64,000 bases of DNA, taken from NCBI GenBank assembly GCA_030447245.1, contig JAUJPG010000022.1, positions 21,885 through 85,884 on the forward strand, read 5' to 3'. Of this stretch, positions 30,256-40,008 are shown piece by piece. Position numbers and translations under genes: made by a program. This stretch comes from Chloroflexota bacterium (GTDB taxonomy: Bacteria > Chloroflexota > UBA6077 > JACCZL01). Each line of letters begins with the position of its first letter. The first letter of the stretch is position 1. The notes under the pieces are model-generated. The model ran no database searches, was not told the DNA's origin, and saw only the letters and a program-made list of their open reading frames with translations.

Positions 30256-31404
30256 ATGCGATTCCACACGTTGCGCGGCAGCCTCGTGGTAGTCGGACTG
30301 CTGCTGGCCTCGCTCGGGCCGGCCTGGTGGGGGAACGTGCCGACGGCGCGTGGTCAGGAGAAATGGGAGCTCACCGGCCTCGCCGGACCAGTCGAGCAGC
30401 TTTATACTCCGGCCAGCGGTGCGTTCTTGGCACGGACGCAGGGCAGTCTGTACAGGAGCGACGACGGCGGCGCGAGCTGGGTGCCCGTCTCGCTGCCACC
30501 GCCCCCGGCCGATCCGGCGCGGATACGCGTGGAAGTCGATCCGACGAACCACGACGTGCTGTACGCGAGCGGTGCGGAAGGGCTGTACCGCAGTCCTGAC
30601 GGCGGAGCCAGCTGGGGTCTCCTGCTTCCGACCGACGACCGGACCGTCGCGGCCGTCGCGGTCAGTTCGGCCGATCCGAGGCTGGTGTACGTCGGCCTCA
30701 CGAGCTACAGCCACTTCTGGTTCCTGCGAAGCCGGGACGCGGGTGCCACCTGGGAGCCGCTCGAGGAGGTCTTCAACAGCCTGTGCGCCTGGGGCGTGCG
30801 GATCCTCGAGCCGCATTCGACCGATCCGGACCGCCTCTTTCGCACCGCGAGCTGCTACGCCGGCCGCGACTTCTGGGACGAGCTCGCCGAGAGCCGCGAC
30901 CAGGGCGTGACCTGGACCACGCGGTTCGGGTCCAACCAGGCGGCAGAACCGGAGTTCGCCTTCCCCGACGATCTGGTGGGCGGGCGCGGGGCGGTGCCGG
31001 GGCACTTCTACCTGGCCGCCCAGCGCGATTTCCGCGAGGGCGGCAGCTCCCTGTTCCGGAGCGACGACGACGCGGCCAGCTGGGCCGAAGTCCTGGCCTT
31101 CCGCGGCGGGGGGAGCTACCGCGAGCCCGACGCGCCGAACGTGCGCATCGGGGGGCTGGCCTACGATCCCGACCAGCCGGATCGCGTCTACGTCGCCTTG
31201 AACCGGACCCTCGGTTCGGCCTCGGACCAGACCTGGCTGGGCAGCCTGGCGCTGGTCAGTGCTGATGGCGGGGCGAGCTGGTCAGACCTGGCCGAGCAGG
31301 ACCTGGGTCGCGTGGCCGACCTGGCGCTCGGCATCGACGGGCAGAACCTCTACGCTGCCACCGATCGCGGGCTCCGGCGCCTGCGCCTGATCCCCCCGCC
31401 ATAG
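30256..31404 (+). CDS. secreted BNR/Asp-box repeat protein (Ycf48-like beta-propeller)
   Basis: Signal peptide MRFHTLRGSLVVVGLLLASLG, then repeated SxDxGxxW motifs (SDDGGASW, SPDGGASW, SRDAGATW, SADGGASW). Confidence 0.7.
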   Translation: MRFHTLRGSLVVVGLLLASLGPAWWGNVPTARGQEKWELTGLAGPVEQLYTPASGAFLARTQGSLYRSDDGGASWVPVSLPPPPADPARIRVEVDPTNHDVLYASGAEGLYRSPDGGASWGLLLPTDDRTVAAVAVSSADPRLVYVGLTSYSHFWFLRSRDAGATWEPLEEVFNSLCAWGVRILEPHSTDPDRLFRTASCYAGRDFWDELAESRDQGVTWTTRFGSNQAAEPEFAFPDDLVGGRGAVPGHFYLAAQRDFREGGSSLFRSDDDAASWAEVLAFRGGGSYREPDAPNVRIGGLAYDPDQPDRVYVALNRTLGSASDQTWLGSLALVSADGGASWSDLAEQDLGRVADLALGIDGQNLYAATDRGLRRLRLIPPP

Positions 31405-31681
31405 CCGCCCAAGCCGCGGGCCCCCCGCGGCCGGCACACGCGCATGCACGAGGGCCACTCCTTCGATTGGAGGGGCAGGATCGGCGCTTCGTGTGTCTAA
31501 ACCAGAGCCACCCTGGGAGCTACATGGTCCAAGAACGGAAGTATGTGGGTTTCACCGTAGCGTTGGTGTAGGAGGCCGGGTCACAGATACCGAGAACCAC
31601 AACCAGTTGTGGGTTGGTGTGGTCGAGCACTACTACGGCGTGTATGTTCGGAGACCTGAGACCCAACCTCTTAGCACAACC

Positions 31682-31930
31682 CCACGGTGAAGACGCAGGC
31701 TGCCATCCCGAGCAGCTTGCCTGTCATCCCGAGCAGCTCCCCTGCCATCCCGAGCAGCTTCCGTGTCATCCCGAGCAGCTTCCCTGTCCTCCCGAGCGCA
31801 GCGAGGGATCTCATGCTGACGGGAGCGTGAACATGAGATCCCTCGCTGCGCTCGGGAGGACAGACTGTGCCGCGCTCGGGATGACGGACTGGGGCCGCTC
31901 GGAATGACAACCCCTCGTCTTCACCGTTGG
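31682..31930. repeat. MITE-like composite palindromic element: terminal inverted repeats, 4 x 21-bp tandem repeats, perfect 32-bp-stem hairpin
   Basis: TIR CCACGGTGAAGACG (31682-31695) pairs with CGTCTTCACCGTTGG (31916-31930). Tandem repeats of CTGYCATCCCGAGCAGCTYCC span 31700-31783. A hairpin with stem 31784-31815 / 31832-31863 follows, then degenerate inverted repeat copies. No ORF. Confidence 0.5.
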
Positions 31931-31939
31931 GTCGTACTA

Positions 31940-33130
31940 GTAGACTGTCACACACGATCTGACGGCTATGATGCTACGTGATTGGGGAGGGCATCGGTCA
32001 TGACCAAGAAGCATCGAGTCGTGCTCGGTTGCAGAACGGGAGCAGTTGGGTTGGGTCGGGTTCATCGCGGCTGTGGTTCGGCGTGGCGCGCAGGCATGCG
32101 CGGATTCTGCTCAAGGCGGACGAGGGGGCGGACGGTCCGGGGTGGAAGGACGAGCGGATTGGTGACGGCGCTCGACGTCAGCGTTCCGACCGTGGAACTG
32201 GGTGCGCAAGCGGTATGCGACCGAGGGGCTTGCGGAGGCGGTGCAGCGTCGAGCGTTGCAGGGCAACAAGCCGCGGAAGCTCGATGGTGCCCAGGAAGCG
32301 CAGCTCATCGCCTCGCCTGCCTCGGCACCGCCCATGTGGTCGGCGGGGTGGAGCCTGCGGTTGCTGGCCGGGCGGATGGTGGCGCTGTACGAAGCTCGAC
32401 GGGGTTTCGTACGAGACGATCCGCCGGACACGCTCAAAAAACGAGCTGAAGCCGTGGTTGAAGGCCCAATGGTGCATCCCGCCCAAACAGAGCGGCGAGT
32501 TCCGGTCTGGCGGATGGGAGTGCTGGATGATGGTACTGCCGTCCATACGATCCTCGCGTTCCCCAAGTCTGCATGGACGGAGACGAACAAGCGCTCCTGG
32601 GGCTGGCCGCCCGAGCCGTCGCTGCCGCCATCCCCGCCCACATCGACAACGAGTACCGACGACTCGGCACGGCCAACCTCTTCCTGTTCTGCGAGCCGCT
32701 GCGTGGCTGACTAGGTGAAGGGGGTCACCGAACGGCGAACCAGTCGACTGGGCGGTAGCGATCCGGGACTGGTCGACGTCCAGTATCCGAGGCCGAACGG
32801 ATCGTGCTGGTCATGGACAACCTCAATACCCACACTCCCGCGTCGCTTTACGAGGCCTCGAACAGGCTGAAGCCAAGCGCCTAGCGGACAAGCCTGACAT
32901 CCATCCCACCCCCAAGCATGGCAGCTGGCTCCAGCATCGCCGAAATCGAGTTGAGCGTCCTGGCGCGTCAGTGCCTGGACGCCGGATCGACAGCCTCGCG
33001 ACGCTCACCCATCGAGCCCGGCAGGTCGCTGGTCCAGAACGCCAGGCCAGCGTCGACTGGCGCTTCTCCACCGCCGACGCTCGCGTCAAGCTCAAGCGCC
33101 TTACCCATGCGAACTGTTGCGACAGTCTAC
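31940..33130 (+). mobile_element. IS630-family insertion sequence, copy 2 (1191 bp); TA target duplication
   Basis: Ends GTAGACTGTCAC... and ...GCGACAGTCTAC are inverted repeats; TA flanks at 31938-31939 and 33131-33132; the internal ORFs are IS630 transposase fragments. Confidence 0.75.
32000..33105 (+). pseudogene. IS630-family transposase, multiple frameshifts and small deletions
   Basis: MTKKHRVV...ARILLKADEGADGPGW...RKRYATEGLAEAVQRRALQGNKPRKLDGAQEAQLIA...SYETIRRTRSKNELKPWLKAQWCIPPKQSGEF...IVLVMDNLNTHTPASLYEA...HGSWLQ...DWRFSTADARVKLKRL is spread over all three frames. Confidence 0.65.
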
Positions 33131-35551
33131 TAGTTCGCCGAGTAGCGTTCCGGGAACCACATCGCGAGCACGTCGGCGGCGGTCGCGATGTGCGAGCCGT
33201 CACCAGCAGCCGACAGATCGGGCTCCTCGATCGCGATGTCATCGACGGCGCTCGGCCGTCCCTTGATGCCGTCGAGCTTGCAGCGGATGAGCACCGCGCC
33301 GCTGAGATCGCGGCCGTCCCAGTTCGCATTGCGCAGATCGCAGTCCTCGAACCGTGCCGCGCGCGTGGTCGACTCGGGCAAGCGCGCGATCGGCGCGAAG
33401 CTCGCGCCCTGAAAGTCGCAGCGCATGAACGTCGCGCCGTCGAGCTCCGCGTTCGCGAATGACGAGCCACTGAGGTCGGCGCCGACGACCCGAGCACCTC
33501 GCCACTGACTGCGATCGAGGTCAGCGCCTCCGAACACGGTGCCTTCGATCGTCGTGTCATCGAACCTGGCGAGCACGAGGAGAGCGCTCGTGAACGAGCC
33601 CTCCTCGATCTTCGCGCCACGGAACGACACCGATTCGAGCATGGCGCCGGTCAGCCACGCATCGCAGCTCGGCGTCGTCGAGGCTCGCGAAGCTGAGGTC
33701 GGCCTCGGTGAGATCCACGTCGTCGAGCCTGGCACCTGCGAGCTCGACCCGGTCAACCGCACGCCGCCGCCTGCGTACCGACCAGGCGAGCCGGCCCTCG
33801 CCGCGCTGTCCCGCTTTGATCCAGCCTTCGTGCGCGCGCAGCGCATCGCGATCGAGCTCGACCTCGCGCGTGTGCGCCGTCTTGCCGCGACCGCCGCCAC
33901 TCTCGAGCTTCTCGATCCTCGGCAGGTCCGCCACGTGGCGGGCGCGAATCGCGAGGCACTGCTCGCGCTCCGTCTCCAGCCATGCGCGCTGGTAGCGCTC
34001 GGGGCGCGCCTTCCGATCGGCGCGCTCGGCGTCGCTGAGCCGGTCGAGCGGAATCTCGCTCGCGCCATCCGGCACGAACTTGCACAGCTCGTTGAGGCAC
34101 ACGAGCAGGCGCGTGTTCGCGTCGCGGCTCGCCTTCCACTCGTCGACGCCGAGCTGCGCTGGGTCCGGCCGCACGAGCGGGATCAGGCGTTCGATCTCGG
34201 CGATCCACTGCGCGGGCGCGATGATCTCGGACGGCCACGGTCCACCGAGCTCGTCGCGCGGCGTCGGCGCCGTCAATGGGTCGCCCTGGGTCAGGAACGT
34301 GAACCCTCGCGGCGTCGCGCAGCTCGGGCAATCGCCGGACAACGCCCAGCCTTCGTCATTGCCGGCGAGGTGCAGCTGCTGCGCGCCGATCCGCGTCCCG
34401 CACGTCGGGCACGGGGCGAGCGACGCCGCGACATGCATCTCGTGGATCGATCTGGCGCGCGCCACGAGTTGGTTCCGTCGCGCTGTGTTGGCCCCGTCTG
34501 CGAGAACCTGACGCACGCGTTTACGGACGGGGCGGATCGGCACGCCCCTGGGGAATTGCGCGAAGCTGTTGATCAGATCCTCGGCACGCCCGGGCGCCGC
34601 ACGTGCCACATCCTCGGCGACCGACGAAAGCCAGGCGCTGTCACCTCGAGCGAGCGCGTCGTAGAGCGGTCGGCTGCCCTTGCCCGCAAGGGCTTCTGCT
34701 CGCGCGACGTCACGCGCGCGGCTCGGCGCTGCGACGAGGCTCGGCGCTGCGACGAGAGGGCCCAGCACGCGCCAGATCGACTCTTCCAGCGTGCGATCGA
34801 GGTTCGGGACCGGAGTCAGCTCGTCGGGGACGCCGGCAAACAGGCGCCGATCACCGTCGAGAACCGCGAGCAGCCGTGCCCGAGCTGTCTCGTTCGGTAC
34901 GTGATAGAAGAACTGAAGCGCGAGCCCCCGCGCGCGAGGCTCGGGATCCTCGAGAGCCGACAGCGCCGCGTCTACAACCACACGGGCATCTGGCGGCATC
35001 AGCCGCGCATGCAGGCGAGCCAGCCATGCGCCGCGGACCGCGTCGGCCGCGCGCGTCCGCGGCGGGGAAAAGCCATGCAGCCCGCGCTGGGCGAGCTCAC
35101 CGAGCTCGGCCCGCGACGTCACCACGACCCCATCGACGTCGTGCGGGAACGCGATCCGCGGGTGACCGTCGCATCGCCAGGGCACGCTCGGATCCAGGTT
35201 CAGATCCGGATCTGGCTCACTGCACGCGTGCTCCCGGATCTCGAGCCAGCGGCTGCACGGACACAGATAGAGGCGGTAGTCGGGCTGCGTCTGGTGGAGC
35301 AGCGGAGAGGTCGCAAGATCGGCGGTTCCGTAGAGCGCCGCGAGCGCAACGCCGGCGACATCGTCTGGCGTGCGAAACGCCAGCCCCGGTGCATCACGCA
35401 CCATGACACCGCAGCGCGTGCACCGCACCCGACTGCACCCGACGGTCGGCAAGTCCTCGAGGTGAAAGTCCGTAGGATCCGTCGGGATCGAACGCGTCGC
35501 ATCGACGAGGTAGCCGTCATGCGCGCAGCGATTCATTCGGACGGTGACCAT
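33130..35551 (-). CDS. large Cys-rich hypothetical protein with C-terminal pentapeptide repeats; apparent frameshift near 33645
   Basis: 664-aa ORF (CxxC pairs: CTRCG, CPTCGTRIG, CPSC) runs into pentapeptide repeats (ARLDDVDLTEADLSFASLDDAEL). After a 1-nt shift these continue in ORF 33130..34068 (AMLESVSFRGAKIEEGSFTSALLVLARFDDTTIEG...ADLSGSSFANAELDGATFMRCDFQGASF). Confidence 0.5.
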
Positions 35552-35696
35552 CTGGCTTCTTCCCGTTCAGCTCATCGAGCGTTGTTCCCACCGAGGCGGC
35601 GGGCTCGACCACCCGGCGCTTGGCCATGCCCGGCGCCCTCCCAACAGCGCGACGACGGGCCAGGTCATCCGGCGCCCGGCGCGGCAGCCACGCCGG

Positions 35697-35978
35697 CTAC
35701 GTGACGAGCTTGGAGGGGCCGATGCGCCTCTGGTACTCGGACTTCTCTCGCTCGTCTTCGTACTCCCGCTGCAGGTACGGGTCGACTCGCGTCCAGCAGG
35801 TCGGCCAGTCGTGGAACTCTTCCACCACCTCGCCGTCGACAAGGAGGGAGTACCGATACGCCGACTCGGGGACCTCGTTCGCTCGTACCTGCCGCCGCTC
35901 CCCGTCCACCTCGGCCTCCCAGGGCGTGCGCGCACTGCCACCCAGCTCGAAAGCCACCGGCTGCGCCAGGCGACTCAT
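35697..35978 (-). CDS. hypothetical protein (94 aa, acidic)
   Basis: MSRLAQPVAFELGGSARTPWEAEVDGERRQVRANEVPESAYRYSLLVDGEVVEEFHDWPTCW...; its start abuts the stop of the upstream gene. Confidence 0.35.
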   Translation of the reverse strand: MSRLAQPVAFELGGSARTPWEAEVDGERRQVRANEVPESAYRYSLLVDGEVVEEFHDWPTCWTRVDPYLQREYEDEREKSEYQRRIGPSKLVT

Positions 35979-36607
35979 CGCGCCGTCGCTCCCTGGCGGA
36001 CGGCGTCCGCCCACCCGGCCACTCCGTCCGTCAGCGGCCGGTCTTCCCTGGGCCGTGGGCCGGCCGGCCGTGCCGGGGCCGAGCCCGCGACAGCATCGCT
36101 CGCCCCGTCGCGGCCGGCGATGACCGCCGCCGGGTCGAACGGCAGGGCGCCCGGCGGACAGGCGGTCAGGCCGCTCAGCGCGGCGCCCTGTCCCTTCACC
36201 TCAGGGGCATCCCCTCCAAACTGCTCCTCCCAGAGAAACTGGACGAGGAGCCCGTCGATCACCGCGTAGATTGGCGTCAGGTACAGCGTGTCTTCGAGGC
36301 TGAAGGCCCGCGGTGCGGGATAGGTCCGGGCCACCGCGCCCGCGGGCGTGACCAGGTAGTACGGCACGGCGGCGTGGATCACTTCGCCGGTAGGCAGACG
36401 GATGCCCGCGGGTAGGCGGTGCGGTAAGGGCTCGGCCGCCCCTTGGAGCAGGTAGTGCCCGTCCGGGAGTGACCAGGCGGCGGGCATCCCCGCGTCGCCC
36501 GGGCCCTGGGCGGCCAGGCGACGCGCGTAGTGGAGCACCTCGGCCACCGCGGCATCGGGCAGGTGGTCAACGAGGGTGTGCAGCTCCCCGCGGGCTTCGA
36601 CGCTCAT
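35975..36607 (-). CDS. hypothetical protein (210 aa)
   Basis: MSVEARGELHTLVDHLPDAAVAEVLHYARRLAAQG...; first gene of an apparent three-gene minus-strand operon; no family recognised. Confidence 0.4.
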   Translation of the reverse strand: MSVEARGELHTLVDHLPDAAVAEVLHYARRLAAQGPGDAGMPAAWSLPDGHYLLQGAAEPLPHRLPAGIRLPTGEVIHAAVPYYLVTPAGAVARTYPAPRAFSLEDTLYLTPIYAVIDGLLVQFLWEEQFGGDAPEVKGQGAALSGLTACPPGALPFDPAAVIAGRDGASDAVAGSAPARPAGPRPREDRPLTDGVAGWADAVRQGATAR

Positions 36608-36799
36608 GCTCGTGACTCCCGGCCCGTGTCGGCCATCCTGCCGCGACGATGGGGCATCCTCAGCCATCCTACCGCCGTACGCCCCTGGCGTATCCGGTAC
36701 CGCCAAGCTCGTAACTCTGTTGGATCTGGCAACCGGATGGTACGGGGGACGCCGCGCCGGGAGCCCGGCGCGGCGTCCGAATCATGACCAGATCTCGGC

Positions 36800-38239
36800 T
36801 TAGCCCGCGCGGCAGTCCACCTCCACGCGCATGGCGTTGTTCTGCTCGCTGCCCTCGACGATCTGGTTGTCCGGATCGGCGATCACCTGCACGCGCTGCC
36901 GGCCCGCTTTGAGGGGGTCACCCCGCGAGACTAGCTCCCGCCGTTCGGTGTGGGCCGCCAGGCCGGCGATGGTCCGGCGTGTTGGCGGCTCGTCCTCGAG
37001 CTTCACCTGGACGGTCAGCTCGCCGGCTCCCACGCTGCCGTCGTTCCGGATCGTTGCCCAGATCTCGTTGCCTTCGCCGACGAAGCAGCGCTCGCCGTTG
37101 AAGGCGCGGACGTCAACCCCGATCACCTGCAGGTCGACGCCCTTCGGACTCTCGAGGACCTCGGCCCGCGGGCCCGCGGGACGGCCGTCCGGGGCGGTAG
37201 CGAGGATCGTTCCCCCCGGGCCGGGGGGCGGGGCCGGGTCCGCCTCCCGCGCGGCCTCGTCCGGGAGGTCACCGGGCCGGCTTTGCCCCAGCAACGTGCG
37301 GTCCAGCACCTGCTCGAGCCGGTTGTTCGCCTCGTCCGCCTCCGGAACGGCGCGCTCCTCGTCGACGACCAGCGCCAGCCGGTGGAGCCCCCAGGTGGGC
37401 AGCGTCACGGCCTGGCAGACCCCGTTGGTCTCGCCGGGCGCCAGGGTGGTCGGGCCCATGCTCCCGCCCGGCGCGGGGGCGCCGTCCAACAGCAGGCTCA
37501 TCCGGAATGGCTCGGAGGCCCGCGGCCCGTCGTTCCGGGCGACCAGGCACACCTCACCCGTGTCGTCGTACACCCGGATGGCCGTCGGGCGCAGGTCCGG
37601 CAGCGCGACGCGGCGGATCTCGTATTCGACGCTGAAGTCCGCGGGCACCACCTCACAGGTATTGTTTTCGTAGTCGCCAACACTGCTGCAGTAGCGCGCG
37701 ATGCCTCGTTTGGCGTAGGTGCCCGGGGGACCCCAGCCGTTTTGCTCGTTCATGGCCACAGCGAAAGAGCCGAGAGACGTCTGCGGGACCCCTCGGATGT
37801 CGTCCAGGAGCTCTTTGGACCAGTCGTCCACCTCCTCGCCGACGAACTCGAACCGATAGCTCCCGCCGGCATAGACGGGGAAGCCGATCCCCGGGCCGAT
37901 CGACGGGTCGGCAACCTGATCGCCGGCCCCCGGGACGGCCCGATAGAGTGGCACCGTGTGGCCGTCATTCGCGCTGAAGCTCATGATGGTTCCGGCAAGC
38001 TGGGTGCCACGCTCGAAGATGTTGACGCCGATGCGGATCTCGCCTGCGCCCCGAGGCCCCCAGTCGTTGTCATCGTGGATGGTGATCGTCTTGACCACGA
38101 TCTCCAGCCGCGCCGCGGGTTCGTGGTCGGGCTGGTGGTCCGCGCGCACGGGACCCGGCGCCCCGAGCGCTGGGAGCACCAGCGCGGTCGCGAAAGCGAG
38201 CGCGGGCACGGCGCGGTGGGCAGTGTCGATGGCTTTCAT
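36800..38239 (-). CDS. secreted protein with two CARDB-like domains
   Basis: Signal peptide MKAIDTAHRAVPALAFATALVLPALGAPG, then CARDB-type motifs (LRPTAIRVYDD...VCLVARNDG...EADEANNRLE; LTVQVKLEDE...NQIVEGSEQNNAMRVEVDC). Confidence 0.7.
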   Translation of the reverse strand: MKAIDTAHRAVPALAFATALVLPALGAPGPVRADHQPDHEPAARLEIVVKTITIHDDNDWGPRGAGEIRIGVNIFERGTQLAGTIMSFSANDGHTVPLYRAVPGAGDQVADPSIGPGIGFPVYAGGSYRFEFVGEEVDDWSKELLDDIRGVPQTSLGSFAVAMNEQNGWGPPGTYAKRGIARYCSSVGDYENNTCEVVPADFSVEYEIRRVALPDLRPTAIRVYDDTGEVCLVARNDGPRASEPFRMSLLLDGAPAPGGSMGPTTLAPGETNGVCQAVTLPTWGLHRLALVVDEERAVPEADEANNRLEQVLDRTLLGQSRPGDLPDEAAREADPAPPPGPGGTILATAPDGRPAGPRAEVLESPKGVDLQVIGVDVRAFNGERCFVGEGNEIWATIRNDGSVGAGELTVQVKLEDEPPTRRTIAGLAAHTERRELVSRGDPLKAGRQRVQVIADPDNQIVEGSEQNNAMRVEVDCRAG

Positions 38240-38294
38240 GAAACGGTGGCTGAACATGGCGTTCCTCTCTCGGGCGGGTGCCGCTAGCGCCCGG

Positions 38295-39788
38295 CTAGCG
38301 GCTGATGCAGTCCAGCTCGACGGTCCTGGCGTTGTTCGTTTCGCTGGCTTCGATCACCGTGTTGTCGGGATCAACGATCACTTGCAGGCTGCCCTCGCCC
38401 TGCGAGATCCCCACCTCCTGGATCTCCACCTGCATCTCGGAACTCGACGCCAGGCCCCCGACGGTCGTCCGGCCGCGCTGCTGGTTGCCCACCTTCGCCT
38501 CGACGGCGAACGCGCCCGTTGACGCGTCGCCGGTGTTCTGAATCGTCACCGCGACCAGGTTCCTCCCGCGTGCCTCGCATCTCCCGCCGTCGTTACTGGA
38601 CGTGACCTCGACTGGACCCACCTGCAGGTCGGGATCCGGCAGCTTGATCAGGCCCGGCTGCGGGACCGACGGTGACACGGGGCCGGGCGGCCGCACGCTA
38701 GGGAGTCCGAGCGTCGGTCCGGTGGGGCCTGGGTCGGCGAGCGTGTTGCCGTCCAGTCCGCCGACCGGGCCGGCGTCCGACCCGACCCGCGCGGCAACGT
38801 AGGGCTGGCCGAAACGGTTGTTGGTCTCGTTGTTCTCCGGCACGATGCGCCGCTCGTCCACGGTCACCGACAACTGGTGCTGACCGGATGTGGGCAGGTC
38901 CGTGCCGGTGCAGAGCACGCCGAAGTCCCCTGAAGGGAGGCCACCCGCCGAGACGGTCCCGTTGCGCAGGACGTCGGGGCCGGCACGTAGCGTCATCTCG
39001 AACGGGCCGGGGTTCTTCACCCCGCGGTTGAGCACGCTCATGCACACGACGTCCTCGGTGCTGCCCGGCAGCTCGACGATCTCGATCTTCGTCGGCTCGA
39101 GGTCCGGCAGCAGGGCATGACGGACCTCGTACTCGGCGGTGAAGTGCGCGCGATGGCAACCGGTAGGACCCGACCTAACGCAGAAGCCTAATACACCGTC
39201 ACCCCCACCCCTCCAGCCACGTTCGGTCCAGGTACCGATGCCCCAGCCCATATCCTGGTCGACGAGCCCGATGAGGTCCCCCATCTCGTCGTCGGCACTC
39301 ACTTCGTCCCGTTCGACCCCCACGATTTTCCACCCGTAGGTTTGGCCCGCGTATACCGGGAAGCCCATTCACGGGCGGATACAGAGGAACGGCATACAGT
39401 CGCCGGCCGCGAAAGCTCCGATTCAGAGGCACCACCTTGTCATCACTCGCGCGGAAGGTGATATCCGCGCTCTGGGCACGCAGCGTCTGCCCCCGACTCT
39501 CAAACGGCGAACCCGCATAATCACAGAAGTCCGTGGTGTCGGGGGCGCAGCTCCAGAAGCTGACGGTGAAGGTGAAATCGCCTTGGCCCCAATCCTGATC
39601 GTCGTGGATGATGATCTTGTTGATCACAAACTCGAGCCGCGCGACAGGATCGTGACCCGGCCTCGTGCTCCGCGCGCGCGGGACCCCGGCGCCCCGAGCG
39701 CCGTGAGCACCAGCGCGATCACGAGACCAAGCGCGGGCATGGCGCGGCGGAGGGCGTCAATGGTGGTGGTGACATGGGGGTTGACCAT
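38295..39788 (-). pseudogene. paralog of the CARDB protein with two frameshifts
   Basis: Signal peptide MVNPHVTTTIDALRRAMPALGLVIALVLTALGAPG (frame a); KIIIHDDQDWGQGDFTFTVSF...SDDKVVPL (frame b); GFPVYAGQTYGWKIVG...NTVIEASETNNARTVELDC (frame c). The shifts lie in a (CG)5 run near 39640 and at an extra G near 39400. Confidence 0.55.
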
Positions 39789-40008
39789 GGCTCGATCTCC
39801 CTGCAACCGATCCTCTGGGCCCAGTGTATGGCCTGCGCGGCGCCGCCGAGGTGCGCGCCGACACCGCGCGCTGTCAGTTGGCCGACACTTCGGCCGACCG
39901 GGCGGCGATGGCTGACCTCTGGCGGTCTGGAGTTGGTTCTCCAATGCCGCCGTCTGCGCGGCGCCGGGCCAGCGACCCCGGAAGGCGCCGGGCGCAGAGC
40001 CGACGCCG

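Noticed and set aside
31405-31680. Searched intergenic regions, especially this low-GC island, for tRNA/tmRNA-like cloverleaf features
   Set aside because: No GTTCRANYC T-loop or CCA-adjacent acceptor pairing found by eye; no rRNA-like segments anywhere in the window
31700-31863. Tandem 21-bp repeats considered as a CRISPR array
   Set aside because: Repeats are directly adjacent with no spacers, there are only four or five copies, and no cas genes are in the window. The region is interpreted as part of a MITE-like palindromic element instead
33539-35704. 721-aa plus-strand ORF overlapping the pentapeptide-repeat gene
   Set aside because: Arg-rich low-complexity translation with no motifs. 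The minus strand carries recognisable pentapeptide repeats and better composition, so the plus-strand ORF is treated as antisense noise
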